Below, piece by piece: positions 25,622 to 33,237 of a DNA stretch of 44,408 nucleotides (positions within the stretch are counted from its first letter, which is position 1; each line of letters begins with the position of its first letter). The stretch is from the NCBI GenBank assembly GCA_017547705.1, contig JAFYOZ010000104.1, forward strand, positions 1 through 44,408, given 5' to 3'. The DNA comes from Oscillospiraceae bacterium. GTDB taxonomy: Bacteria; Bacillota; Clostridia; Oscillospirales; Ruminococcaceae. A model generated the notes under the pieces. The model was given only the letters and a program-made list of their open reading frames with translations. It did not search any database and was not told the DNA's origin. The translations under genes and the position numbers were made by a program.

Positions 25622-26935
25622 TTAATTATTTTCTTCGTCGGAAGAAGTTTCTTCAGAACCTTCCTCCGGATTTTCTTCTGCAGGCTTTTCATCCTCCAAA
25701 ATCTCTTCTTCGGCATTTCCTGCGCCAATCTGCTGGTTCATCTGCTCCTGCTGAATGGCGTCATAGTCGATATACTGGGTCTCGTTAAGGGACTGTACGG
25801 AAGAGAATTCAAGATCCTCCGGAAGTTCATCCGCAGGAATATTTCTTACGGATTTGATTATATATTCGCCTCTGTCGATTTTTTCAAGATCGTAATAGAG
25901 ATATTTGCTGGGAACGGATTCGGAAGAACCGTCTTCACTTACGTTCCAAAGAGTGGTCGGTGCAACATATCCGACGATAAGAGTGTATGTATTGCCGTTT
26001 TTAATGATTTCCACAACTTTCGGAACATATGCGGCGGTCTGTCCCATAACAGGAACAGAATAGGTATTTGTTTCCTCGTCATAGATGTAATAGAAATCGT
26101 ATCCTTCGGAGAAAGTCTGGTGCTCAAGAACAACTCCGTCACCATAAAGTGCCTTTGCCGCAACGTCAAGGTCCGATGCAGGAACAAGAAGCATTCCGTA
26201 TTCGTCATAAGAATATCTGGTGCGGTTTTCAAGAAGAGTTGACCAGAGAGAAGTTTTGAGCAGCACAACTTTATCAAGCTGTGTCGGGTTCTCAAAAGTC
26301 GCCGGGTCGAGCATCAAAAGCGGATAAATCTTCCATTCAAAAGATTCTTTTCTTCTGGTATCATCAAGTATTCTTGCACCAAAGTTAACAAGAACAGAGC
26401 AAAGAGCAATGGTTCCGATAAGCGCAAGAGCGATGAGCACGGCTCCGATAGTTGCCATATATTTATGTTTTCTTTTTCTGTCGATTATCTTTTTCGCATT
26501 GGGAAAAAGCGTTTTTTCATGCTTCAAAGAATCGGATTCATCGCCTTTTTTCTCATCGGATGCAGGCTCGTTTTCCTCTTTTCCTTCATTATGAGCATCA
26601 TTTTCAGAAGTTTCTTCCTCATCATGCTCGTTCTCTTTTTCCTCGTGCTCAAAAGATTCTTCCTCTTCATCAGAAGCAGTTTCTTCCTCTTTAATTGCAA
26701 CGATTTCGCTTCCGGTATCAAGTGCAACAACCTCGGTTATAACAAATCCTTCGTCGGCTTCATCTGCAACAGCAAGGATATCCGGGCCTTTATCTGCTTT
26801 CTTTTTGCGTTTTTTCTCCTTATCGGAAAGAGCTATTTCCTCTTCCTCGCTAAAAAAACCTGCGAAGCTGTCCTCGAACTCCGTTTCCGGAAATTTTTCC
26901 TCCGGCTGTTTCCAACCGTTATTTTTATCAGACAT
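25622..26935 (-). CDS. Single-pass membrane protein with highly acidic N- and C-terminal regions, unknown function
   Basis: Start set at ATG 26933-26935 after AAAGGAAA. About 170 aa form a D/E-rich cytoplasmic region. One TM segment follows (ATIGAVLIALALIGTIALCSVLV). Then comes an ordered domain of about 230 aa and an acidic tail. No family recognised. Confidence 0.75.
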   Translation of the reverse strand: MSDKNNGWKQPEEKFPETEFEDSFAGFFSEEEEIALSDKEKKRKKKADKGPDILAVADEADEGFVITEVVALDTGSEIVAIKEEETASDEEEESFEHEEKENEHDEEETSENDAHNEGKEENEPASDEKKGDESDSLKHEKTLFPNAKKIIDRKRKHKYMATIGAVLIALALIGTIALCSVLVNFGARILDDTRRKESFEWKIYPLLMLDPATFENPTQLDKVVLLKTSLWSTLLENRTRYSYDEYGMLLVPASDLDVAAKALYGDGVVLEHQTFSEGYDFYYIYDEETNTYSVPVMGQTAAYVPKVVEIIKNGNTYTLIVGYVAPTTLWNVSEDGSSESVPSKYLYYDLEKIDRGEYIIKSVRNIPADELPEDLEFSSVQSLNETQYIDYDAIQQEQMNQQIGAGNAEEEILEDEKPAEENPEEGSEETSSDEENN

Positions 26936-27099
26936 AGTATTTCCTTTCATGTATAGAACATAGTGCATTTATCATATTTAAAAATATACCAATATAATAA
27001 TACCAAAAAACCTTCAATTAAACAAGTACATAAATCAATGTTTACATTATTTTAAAAAAATTCCATCTCCAAATTGATATAAACCCCGATTTAAAACAA

Positions 27100-27128
27100 T
27101 TGATAAAAGAATCCCTTTGTTATATAAT
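27100..27128 (+). promoter_or_regulatory. Sigma-A promoter of the DUF1624-SLOG-MBL-DUF3006 operon
   Basis: TTGATA (27100-27105), a 17-nt spacer, then TATAAT (27123-27128). It lies 25 nt upstream of the ATG. Confidence 0.6.
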
Positions 27129-27153
27129 GATATCATAAAAGGAGGTGCTTTTT

Positions 27154-27909
27154 ATGGCAAAAAGAAGCGGAAGAATCTTCTTCCTTGATGAAATGCGTGC
27201 TCTTGCGCTTATTGGAATGATAATTTATCATGCTGCATACGACCTCTATGCAATATTCGGTCTGGATTTTGATTTTTTCTCTCCCGGATGGGATACCCTC
27301 CAGCTTGCCGTATGCTGTACTTTTATCGTCATAGCCGGAATCTCTTCCCGCCTTACCAAAAATGCCCTTAAGCACGGTCTTGTGGTCTTTGGTGCAGGAA
27401 TGCTTATGACCATCGGAACATATTTTTTCATGCCCTCCCAGGTCATCTGGTTCGGTGTTCTCCATTTTCTCGGCGCATCCATGATAATTTATTATCTTAT
27501 CAGAAAATCCATCAATAAAGCCCCTGCCCTTATCGGTGCAATGTTTTCTCTTGCGGCTTTCCTCTGTCTTTACGGAATCTCTTCCGGAACGATTCTTTTC
27601 GGTAACGTAATGGTTCCCCAGAACCTCTATTTTTCAAAATTTCTTGCAGTAATCGGTCTTCCCGGACCGGGTTTCCGTTCTTCGGATTATTTTCCGCTTA
27701 TTCCCTGGTTTTTCCTTTATCTTACCGGCTGTTTTGCAGGAAAATGGTTTAAAGAAAGAAAAATTCCGGATTTTATGATGAAAAAACACAGCGATTTTCT
27801 TTGTGCAATCGGTTCAAACACCCTTGTAATATATATCGTCCATCAGCCCATAATCTATGGCCTTCTCTATGCATTTTTCTGGGTAATTGAGAAAGGAAGC
27901 ACCGTATGA
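27154..27909 (+). CDS. DUF1624 family membrane protein (heparan-alpha-glucosaminide N-acetyltransferase-like acyltransferase)
   Basis: Start is ATG 27154, 8 nt after AGGAGG. The N-terminal motif is RIFFLDEMRALALIGMIIYHAAYDL. The protein is polytopic and hydrophobic. Confidence 0.78.
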   Translation: MAKRSGRIFFLDEMRALALIGMIIYHAAYDLYAIFGLDFDFFSPGWDTLQLAVCCTFIVIAGISSRLTKNALKHGLVVFGAGMLMTIGTYFFMPSQVIWFGVLHFLGASMIIYYLIRKSINKAPALIGAMFSLAAFLCLYGISSGTILFGNVMVPQNLYFSKFLAVIGLPGPGFRSSDYFPLIPWFFLYLTGCFAGKWFKERKIPDFMMKKHSDFLCAIGSNTLVIYIVHQPIIYGLLYAFFWVIEKGSTV

Positions 27910-28409
27910 ACAGAGAAACAACCTGCTGTTTTACAGGTCCTCGTTCTCCGCGTCTTCCCATGAACGGAAACGAATATACCGCAGAAATCATGGAATTAAA
28001 AGAAAAACTTCGTGCAGCTGTTCTTTCTGCCTATGACGACGGTTTTCGCTTTTTTATGAGCGGTATGGCGGAAGGATTCGATATTTTTGCAGCAGAAGCG
28101 GTGCTCGATTTAAAAGAGGATTATGAAGATGCTGTGCTCGTTGCGGTTCTTCCCTATTCTAAAGCACCGAACAATCATTCCGCAAAAACAAAAAAGCGTA
28201 TGGAAGAAATCCTCTCCTGCTCGGATTTTATCTATTCCATCACAGAAAATCATTTTACCGGCTGTGAACTTATCCGCAACAAATATATGGTCGATAATTC
28301 AAGCCGAATAATCGGATATTATAACGGTCTTTCTTCCGGAACAGCCCATTGCTGGAACTATGCATTGGAACAAGGCCTTGAAACGGTAAACCTTTATGAA
28401 AGCATCTAA
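27906..28409 (+). CDS. SLOG family protein (DUF1273/YpsA-like)
   Basis: 167-aa ORF with ATGA overlap to the upstream gene. The pattern is TCCFTG..., FMSGMAEGFDIFAAEAVLDLK, RNKYMVDNSSRIIGYYNG..SGTAHC. Confidence 0.72.
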   Translation: MNRETTCCFTGPRSPRLPMNGNEYTAEIMELKEKLRAAVLSAYDDGFRFFMSGMAEGFDIFAAEAVLDLKEDYEDAVLVAVLPYSKAPNNHSAKTKKRMEEILSCSDFIYSITENHFTGCELIRNKYMVDNSSRIIGYYNGLSSGTAHCWNYALEQGLETVNLYESI

Positions 28410-29313
28410 AAACCTTATTGCCGCATTTCTTGCGCTTATAATCGTTTTTATAAGCGCGGCACTTTATGAAAACGGTATTATCACCGATGAACTTTATCTT
28501 AAACTGATTTCTTCCGTTAAATCGGAACTGGTTCTGGAAGCAAATGACGTCGAAGTCCATTTTATCGACGTTGGACAGGCAGAATCCATCCTTATAAAAA
28601 CCCCCGAAAAGGCTGTGCTCATCGATTCCGGAGAAATCGGCTGCGAAAACGCAGTAACAAACTATCTCCATTCAAACGGAATCTTCCATATCGACCTTTT
28701 TATCATAACCCATCCCCATTCTGACCATATCGGCTCCGCCGAAGAGATACTCAGCAGATTCCCGGTAACGGAAGTTGCAATGCCGGAAATTCCGGAGGAA
28801 TATCTTCCGACAACCTCCCTTTATGAGGATTTCCTTATTGCGGTAAAAAAGAAAAAATGTACCGTAAGCTTTATTGAAGCCGGCTCATCTTTTTCTCTTG
28901 GTGACGGAATAGCCTTTGATATACTTTCTCCCTCCGGAGATATGGGCGATAACCTCAACAACTATTCCGTTGTATCAAAACTTTCTTATGGCGAGGTTTC
29001 GTTCCTCTTCACCGGCGATATCGAAAAAGAAGTAGAAAAACTGCTTCTTTCATCAAAGGCCGATATCTCCTGCGATGTTTATAATGCCGGCCATCACGGA
29101 AGTTCCACCTCAAATACAGAATCATTTCTTGCTGCCGCAAATCCAAAATACGCCGCAATCTCCTGCGGAGCAAATAACGATTACGGACATCCGCACAGAG
29201 AAACAATTTCTCTTTTTAAAAAGCTTGAGATAAAATATTTCCGCACCGATTATGACGGAAACATAGTTTTCGGTACTGACGGAGAAAATATATCTGTTAT
29301 AACCTCAAAGTGA
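28396..29313 (+). CDS. Membrane-anchored ComEC/Rec2-type MBL-fold metallo-hydrolase
   Basis: 305-aa ORF with an N-terminal signal anchor (LIAAFLALIIVFISAAL). It has VHFIDVGQAESILIK and ITHPHSDHIGSA motifs and ends HHGS...YGHPH, as in the ComEC C-terminal domain. Confidence 0.82.
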   Translation: MKASKNLIAAFLALIIVFISAALYENGIITDELYLKLISSVKSELVLEANDVEVHFIDVGQAESILIKTPEKAVLIDSGEIGCENAVTNYLHSNGIFHIDLFIITHPHSDHIGSAEEILSRFPVTEVAMPEIPEEYLPTTSLYEDFLIAVKKKKCTVSFIEAGSSFSLGDGIAFDILSPSGDMGDNLNNYSVVSKLSYGEVSFLFTGDIEKEVEKLLLSSKADISCDVYNAGHHGSSTSNTESFLAAANPKYAAISCGANNDYGHPHRETISLFKKLEIKYFRTDYDGNIVFGTDGENISVITSK

Positions 29314-29314
29314 G

Positions 29315-29536
29315 ATGATTTTTATGGAAATATATAAGCTCGACAGAATCGAAGAAAACCTTGCTGTTATGGAAGACAAAAAAGGAAACATGTTCTCTTT
29401 TTCAAAAGAACTTCTTCCGGAAAATTCAAAAAGCGGCGACTGCTTTATAATCGAAGACGAAAAATTCGTTTTTCATAAAAAAGAAACAGAAACCAGAAGA
29501 AAAAAGATTTTTTCGCTCCTTTCGGAGCTAAAATAA
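29315..29536 (+). CDS. DUF3006 domain protein
   Basis: 73-aa ORF (…YKLDRIEENLAVMEDKKGNMFSFSKELLPENSKSGDCF…) immediately after the ComEC-like MBL gene, its usual partner. The start may instead be the ATG at 29324. Confidence 0.7.
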   Translation: MIFMEIYKLDRIEENLAVMEDKKGNMFSFSKELLPENSKSGDCFIIEDEKFVFHKKETETRRKKIFSLLSELK

Positions 29537-29660
29537 GATAAAATCAAAAAAACAACCCAACTATAAGCTCTTTTATCCCCTCTGTCTGCATCTTCATCAC
29601 AAATTTTACACTATGTGATGATAAAATGCTTTCAGCAATTATGAAAGGAAGTTTCATTAA

Positions 29661-30335
29661 ATGAGTAAGATCCTTATCGTTGATGATGAACTTCGTGTTC
29701 GCGACCTTATAAAAAAATATGCAAAATTCGAAGGCTATGAAGTAAGCGAAGCCGGAACAGGTATAAAAGCTCTCGAACTTTGTAAGACCCACGAATTTGA
29801 TATGGTCATCATGGATGTTATGATGCCGGAACTCGACGGTTTTTCTGCAACCAAAGAAATCAGAAAATTCTCAAACGTTCCGATAATCATTCTCTCCGCA
29901 AGGGGCGAAGAATACGATAAAGTCCATGGTTTCGAAGCCGGCGTTGATGACTATGTAGTTAAACCCTTCTCTCCAAAAGAACTTATGATGCGCGTTGGCG
30001 CAATATTAAAACGCGGCGGCGCTGTTCTTCCGGAGGCAAAAGAAGTTTATCAGCATAACGGTTTAATGGTGGATTTCACCGGAAGACTTGTTGTTGTTGA
30101 TGGAAAATCCGTGGATATGTCTCCAAGGGAATACGATCTTTTCTTCTTCCTTGTTAAAAACCGCGGAATCGCCCTTTCAAGAGAAAAACTCATAAACGAA
30201 GTATGGGGATACGATTTCCTCGGTGATGACCGAACCATCGATACTCATATAAAACAGCTTAGAAAAATCCTTGGACCATACAGCAGCTGTATCTCCACCC
30301 TGAGAGGAGTTGGCTATCGCTTTGATGAAGGATAA
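29661..30335 (+). CDS. OmpR-family response regulator
   Basis: 224-aa ORF with a receiver domain (ILIVDDE...MDVMMPELDG...KPF) and a winged-helix output domain (…TLRGVGYRF). Confidence 0.93.
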   Translation: MSKILIVDDELRVRDLIKKYAKFEGYEVSEAGTGIKALELCKTHEFDMVIMDVMMPELDGFSATKEIRKFSNVPIIILSARGEEYDKVHGFEAGVDDYVVKPFSPKELMMRVGAILKRGGAVLPEAKEVYQHNGLMVDFTGRLVVVDGKSVDMSPREYDLFFFLVKNRGIALSREKLINEVWGYDFLGDDRTIDTHIKQLRKILGPYSSCISTLRGVGYRFDEG

Positions 30336-31770
30336 AGTTTCCATCCGCTGGAAGCTCTGCGCATATTTCATCATCTTCTCTTCCCTGCTTCTTCTTGTAA
30401 TATTTCTGATGCAAACCGTTCTTTTGGATAGCATCTATGCCCTTTATACAAAAGAAAGCATGAAGGCCCATTCCGAGGTAATAGCAGAAAACATCGAAAA
30501 CCCGGAACTCGACAGCCTTCTTATTTCCATAAGCCAGGAAAACGAACTTTCCGTATATATCCTGAGCGATGACGGAACCATAAAAAGTGCAACAGAGCGT
30601 TCCACCGGCGTTCGAATCGATAAAGCTTCCAGAAGCATGCTCGAATACTGGATTCTTACAAGAGAAAACGGCGGAACATATATAACAAAAGTAAAATCCT
30701 CCGGAGTTTTTACCGATAGCGGAATCTCCCTTGAATATGACCCAAGCCATTTCGTAGGAAATGTTCCGAAGAAGAATCAATTCGACAGCATAATCCTTGC
30801 AACCGAGGTTGTTTCTCCAAAAGGAGAAAGCTCTCTCATCGTTCTTCTTTCAAGGCTCGATCCTTTGACCTCCATGAAAGACGTTCTCCAGATTATCCTT
30901 ATAATAGCAAGCTTCTTTGCCTTTTTTGTAGGAACGGTCCTCGCCTATATCGCATCAAAAGGCCTTGCAAGCCCCATAAAGAATCTTTCGGATTCCGCAT
31001 CAATGCTCGCAACTGGCGATTATACCGTTAATTTTGAAGGCGGCGGCTGTCTCGAGATAACCCGTTTAAGCGATACCCTTAACGATACCGCAAAGAAACT
31101 CGAAAAAACAGAAAAACTCCGAAGAGAACTTCTTGCAAACGTAAGCCATGACCTTCGAACCCCTCTTACCATGATTGAAGGCTACGGAGAAATGATGCGC
31201 GATATCCCCGGAGAAAACAATGCGGAAAATATCCAGATAATCATCGACGAAACAAAGCGCCTAACAAAGCTTGTTAACGACGCTCTGGATTTATCCAAGC
31301 TCCAAAGCGGAACATATAATTTCTGCCCGATGGTTTTCTGCATAACGGATGAAGCTTATGAAATAGTAAACCAATTCAAAAAGCTTTCCGGAGAAGACAG
31401 CCGTTTCTCTTTTATAAACTCCGGCGATGCCTATATAAACGCCGACGAAACCCTCGTTTCCGAAGCAATTTATAACCTTGTAAATAACGCAATGCGCCAT
31501 GGCGGCGAAGATTCCTCCGTCGTTGTATCCCAAACAATAAACAAAAATCGCGTCCGCATAACCGTTTCCGATGATGGCCCCGGTATTCCGGAAGACCAGC
31601 TTGAAGAAATTTGGGAACGCTATCAGAAAGGTTTTGGCGGCGGAACAGGTCTTGGTCTTGCAATAGTAAGCACTGCCGCAAAAATGTGCTCCGGAACCTG
31701 CGGAGTTGAAAGCAAGCTTGGAGAAGGTTCAAGCTTCTGGATTGAATTTGATATTGTTGAACCTGTATAG
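30325..31770 (+). CDS. Sensor histidine kinase (two TM segments, HAMP, HisKA, HATPase_c)
   Basis: H-box SHDLRTPLT, N-box NLVNNAMRHG, G1 DDGPGIP and G2 GGTGLGLAIV. Start set at ATG 30325, which overlaps the RR stop, suggesting coupling. The alternative is TTG at 30310. Confidence 0.9.
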   Translation: MKDKVSIRWKLCAYFIIFSSLLLLVIFLMQTVLLDSIYALYTKESMKAHSEVIAENIENPELDSLLISISQENELSVYILSDDGTIKSATERSTGVRIDKASRSMLEYWILTRENGGTYITKVKSSGVFTDSGISLEYDPSHFVGNVPKKNQFDSIILATEVVSPKGESSLIVLLSRLDPLTSMKDVLQIILIIASFFAFFVGTVLAYIASKGLASPIKNLSDSASMLATGDYTVNFEGGGCLEITRLSDTLNDTAKKLEKTEKLRRELLANVSHDLRTPLTMIEGYGEMMRDIPGENNAENIQIIIDETKRLTKLVNDALDLSKLQSGTYNFCPMVFCITDEAYEIVNQFKKLSGEDSRFSFINSGDAYINADETLVSEAIYNLVNNAMRHGGEDSSVVVSQTINKNRVRITVSDDGPGIPEDQLEEIWERYQKGFGGGTGLGLAIVSTAAKMCSGTCGVESKLGEGSSFWIEFDIVEPV

Positions 31771-31774
31771 AAAA

Positions 31775-31800
31775 AGCCCTCCGGATTTTCCGGAGGGCTT
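31775..31800. terminator. Bidirectional terminator between the histidine kinase gene and folC
   Basis: AAGCCCTCCGG-ATTT-TCCGGAGGGCTT, flanked by A5 on one side and T5 on the other. Confidence 0.85.
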
Positions 31801-31812
31801 TTTTATAAATTA

Positions 31813-33105
31813 TCAGTCTTTTGGATTGCCTTTATATCTCATGAGCATCGGTCTGAGTTCGGATGCAAGATAAAGTGAACCCGCAACAACAAGTGCCTCA
31901 TCTTCTTTAAGATTTTCGAGCACTTCTGCAAGAGCTTCCTTCGCATTTTCCTTTGCTGTTACGTTTTCACAGTATTTCTTTGCTGTTTCAGCAAGTTCAA
32001 AAGGAGAAATCATTCTCGGGTTCTCTACCGGAACGGTAATAACGTGCTCAAAATGCGGGGCCAGCTTTGCAATAACGCTTTCATAGTCTTTATCAGCCAT
32101 CATTCCGCAAAGAAGAGTTCTCTTCTTCGGAAGAAATTCCTCAACATTGGAAGCAAGCGCTTCTGCCGCCTGGGGGTTATGAGCACCATCAAGGATAACG
32201 ACCGGTCCTTTCGAGCACAGTTCAAACCTTGCCGGGAACTTTGTAGCAGCAATTCCCTCAACAAGGTGCTCATCCTTGATAACATAGTGCTTTTCGCGCA
32301 GTATGCTTACCGCAGAATATACAGTAAGAAGGTTATTAATCTGGTGTCTTCCGCCAAGAGAAAGAGAAAGCTCCGTCTTTCCAACAAGAACATCCATTCC
32401 GGAAGCATCACAGGATATAATCTTTGCTCTTCCTGCTGCTCCGGTAACAAATGTTGCATCAAGCTCTGCACATTTGTTGAGCATAACAGTCAGAACTTCC
32501 TGTTCCTGTCCCGGAGAGGTGAGCAAAGTGCATCCCGGACGAAGAATTCCGCATTTTTCTTCTGCGATTTTTCCGACCGTATCTCCAAGCTGCTCCATAT
32601 GGTCAAGCCCAACGGCGGTAATTATCTGCAAAACCGGTTCCGGAATTGTGTTTGTTGCATCAAATCTTCCGCCAAGTCCGGCTTCGAGCACCACAAAATC
32701 ACAGTTTTCTTCTGCAAACCAAAGAAAAGCACATGCCGTTGTAATCTCAAAAGCGTTGAGCACGATTCCCTTTGCAATAAGTGCATCCGCCTTTTCTTTA
32801 ACTGCTTCAACAATTTTTACAAGGCGCTTTTTGCCGATCATTTTTCCGTTTATCATCATGCGTTCTCTGAATTCGAGCACGTATGGAGAAATGTATCTTC
32901 CGGTTTTATAACCCGCCGTGCTCAAAACAGAAGCGAGCATCGCAACGGTTGAACCTTTTCCGTTTGTTCCTGCAATGTTGATGCTCTTAAGCTTTTCCTG
33001 GGGATTTCCAAGCTCTGCAAGAAGCATCTTCATCTCTTCAAGAGAAGGTTCTTTTTTAAACCGCGGAAAATTTGCAATATATTCAATACTTTCTTCAAAT
33101 TCCAT
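31813..33105 (-). CDS. folC: Folylpolyglutamate synthase/dihydrofolate synthase
   Basis: 430-aa ORF with a Mur-ligase P-loop (GTNGKGST). valS-folC synteny matches B. subtilis. Confidence 0.92.
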   Translation of the reverse strand: MEFEESIEYIANFPRFKKEPSLEEMKMLLAELGNPQEKLKSINIAGTNGKGSTVAMLASVLSTAGYKTGRYISPYVLEFRERMMINGKMIGKKRLVKIVEAVKEKADALIAKGIVLNAFEITTACAFLWFAEENCDFVVLEAGLGGRFDATNTIPEPVLQIITAVGLDHMEQLGDTVGKIAEEKCGILRPGCTLLTSPGQEQEVLTVMLNKCAELDATFVTGAAGRAKIISCDASGMDVLVGKTELSLSLGGRHQINNLLTVYSAVSILREKHYVIKDEHLVEGIAATKFPARFELCSKGPVVILDGAHNPQAAEALASNVEEFLPKKRTLLCGMMADKDYESVIAKLAPHFEHVITVPVENPRMISPFELAETAKKYCENVTAKENAKEALAEVLENLKEDEALVVAGSLYLASELRPMLMRYKGNPKD

Positions 33106-33140
33106 CGGTTTTTTCCGCCTTTCATTAAAAAAAGTTATAA

Positions 33141-33166
33141 GAGCCGCCGTTTCCGGCGGCTCTTTT
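33141..33166. terminator. GC-rich hairpin in the valS-folC spacer
   Basis: GAGCCGCCG-TTTC-CGGCGGCTC. The T6 run lies on the plus-strand side. On the minus (coding) strand the T-run starts 6 nt after the stem, so this is at best a weak terminator for valS. Confidence 0.45.
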
Positions 33167-33176
33167 TTCTTATATA

Positions 33177-33230
33177 GAATCCCCTCGCCAAATCTTACGA
33201 TATTTGGCCCTTTCCCCTTTAGACAAGGGG
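33177..33230. repeat. Solo copy of the composite hairpin unit (right-unit orientation)
   Basis: GAATCCCCTC, then hairpin GCCAAAT-CTTACG-ATTTGGC, then CCTTTCCCCTTT-AGACA-AGGGG. The architecture matches 11661-11708. Confidence 0.6.
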
Positions 33231-33237
33231 CGCAATT

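Noticed and set aside
29544-29792. 82-aa minus-strand ORF overlapping the response-regulator start.
   Set aside because: It has no RBS and no recognisable family, and it overlaps a well-supported gene and its upstream region.
29661-31770. OmpR/histidine kinase pair, considered as part of a novel system with the upstream operon.
   Set aside because: It has an ordinary domain architecture. A 124-nt spacer separates it from the DUF3006 gene. Nothing in the sequence ties it functionally to its neighbours.
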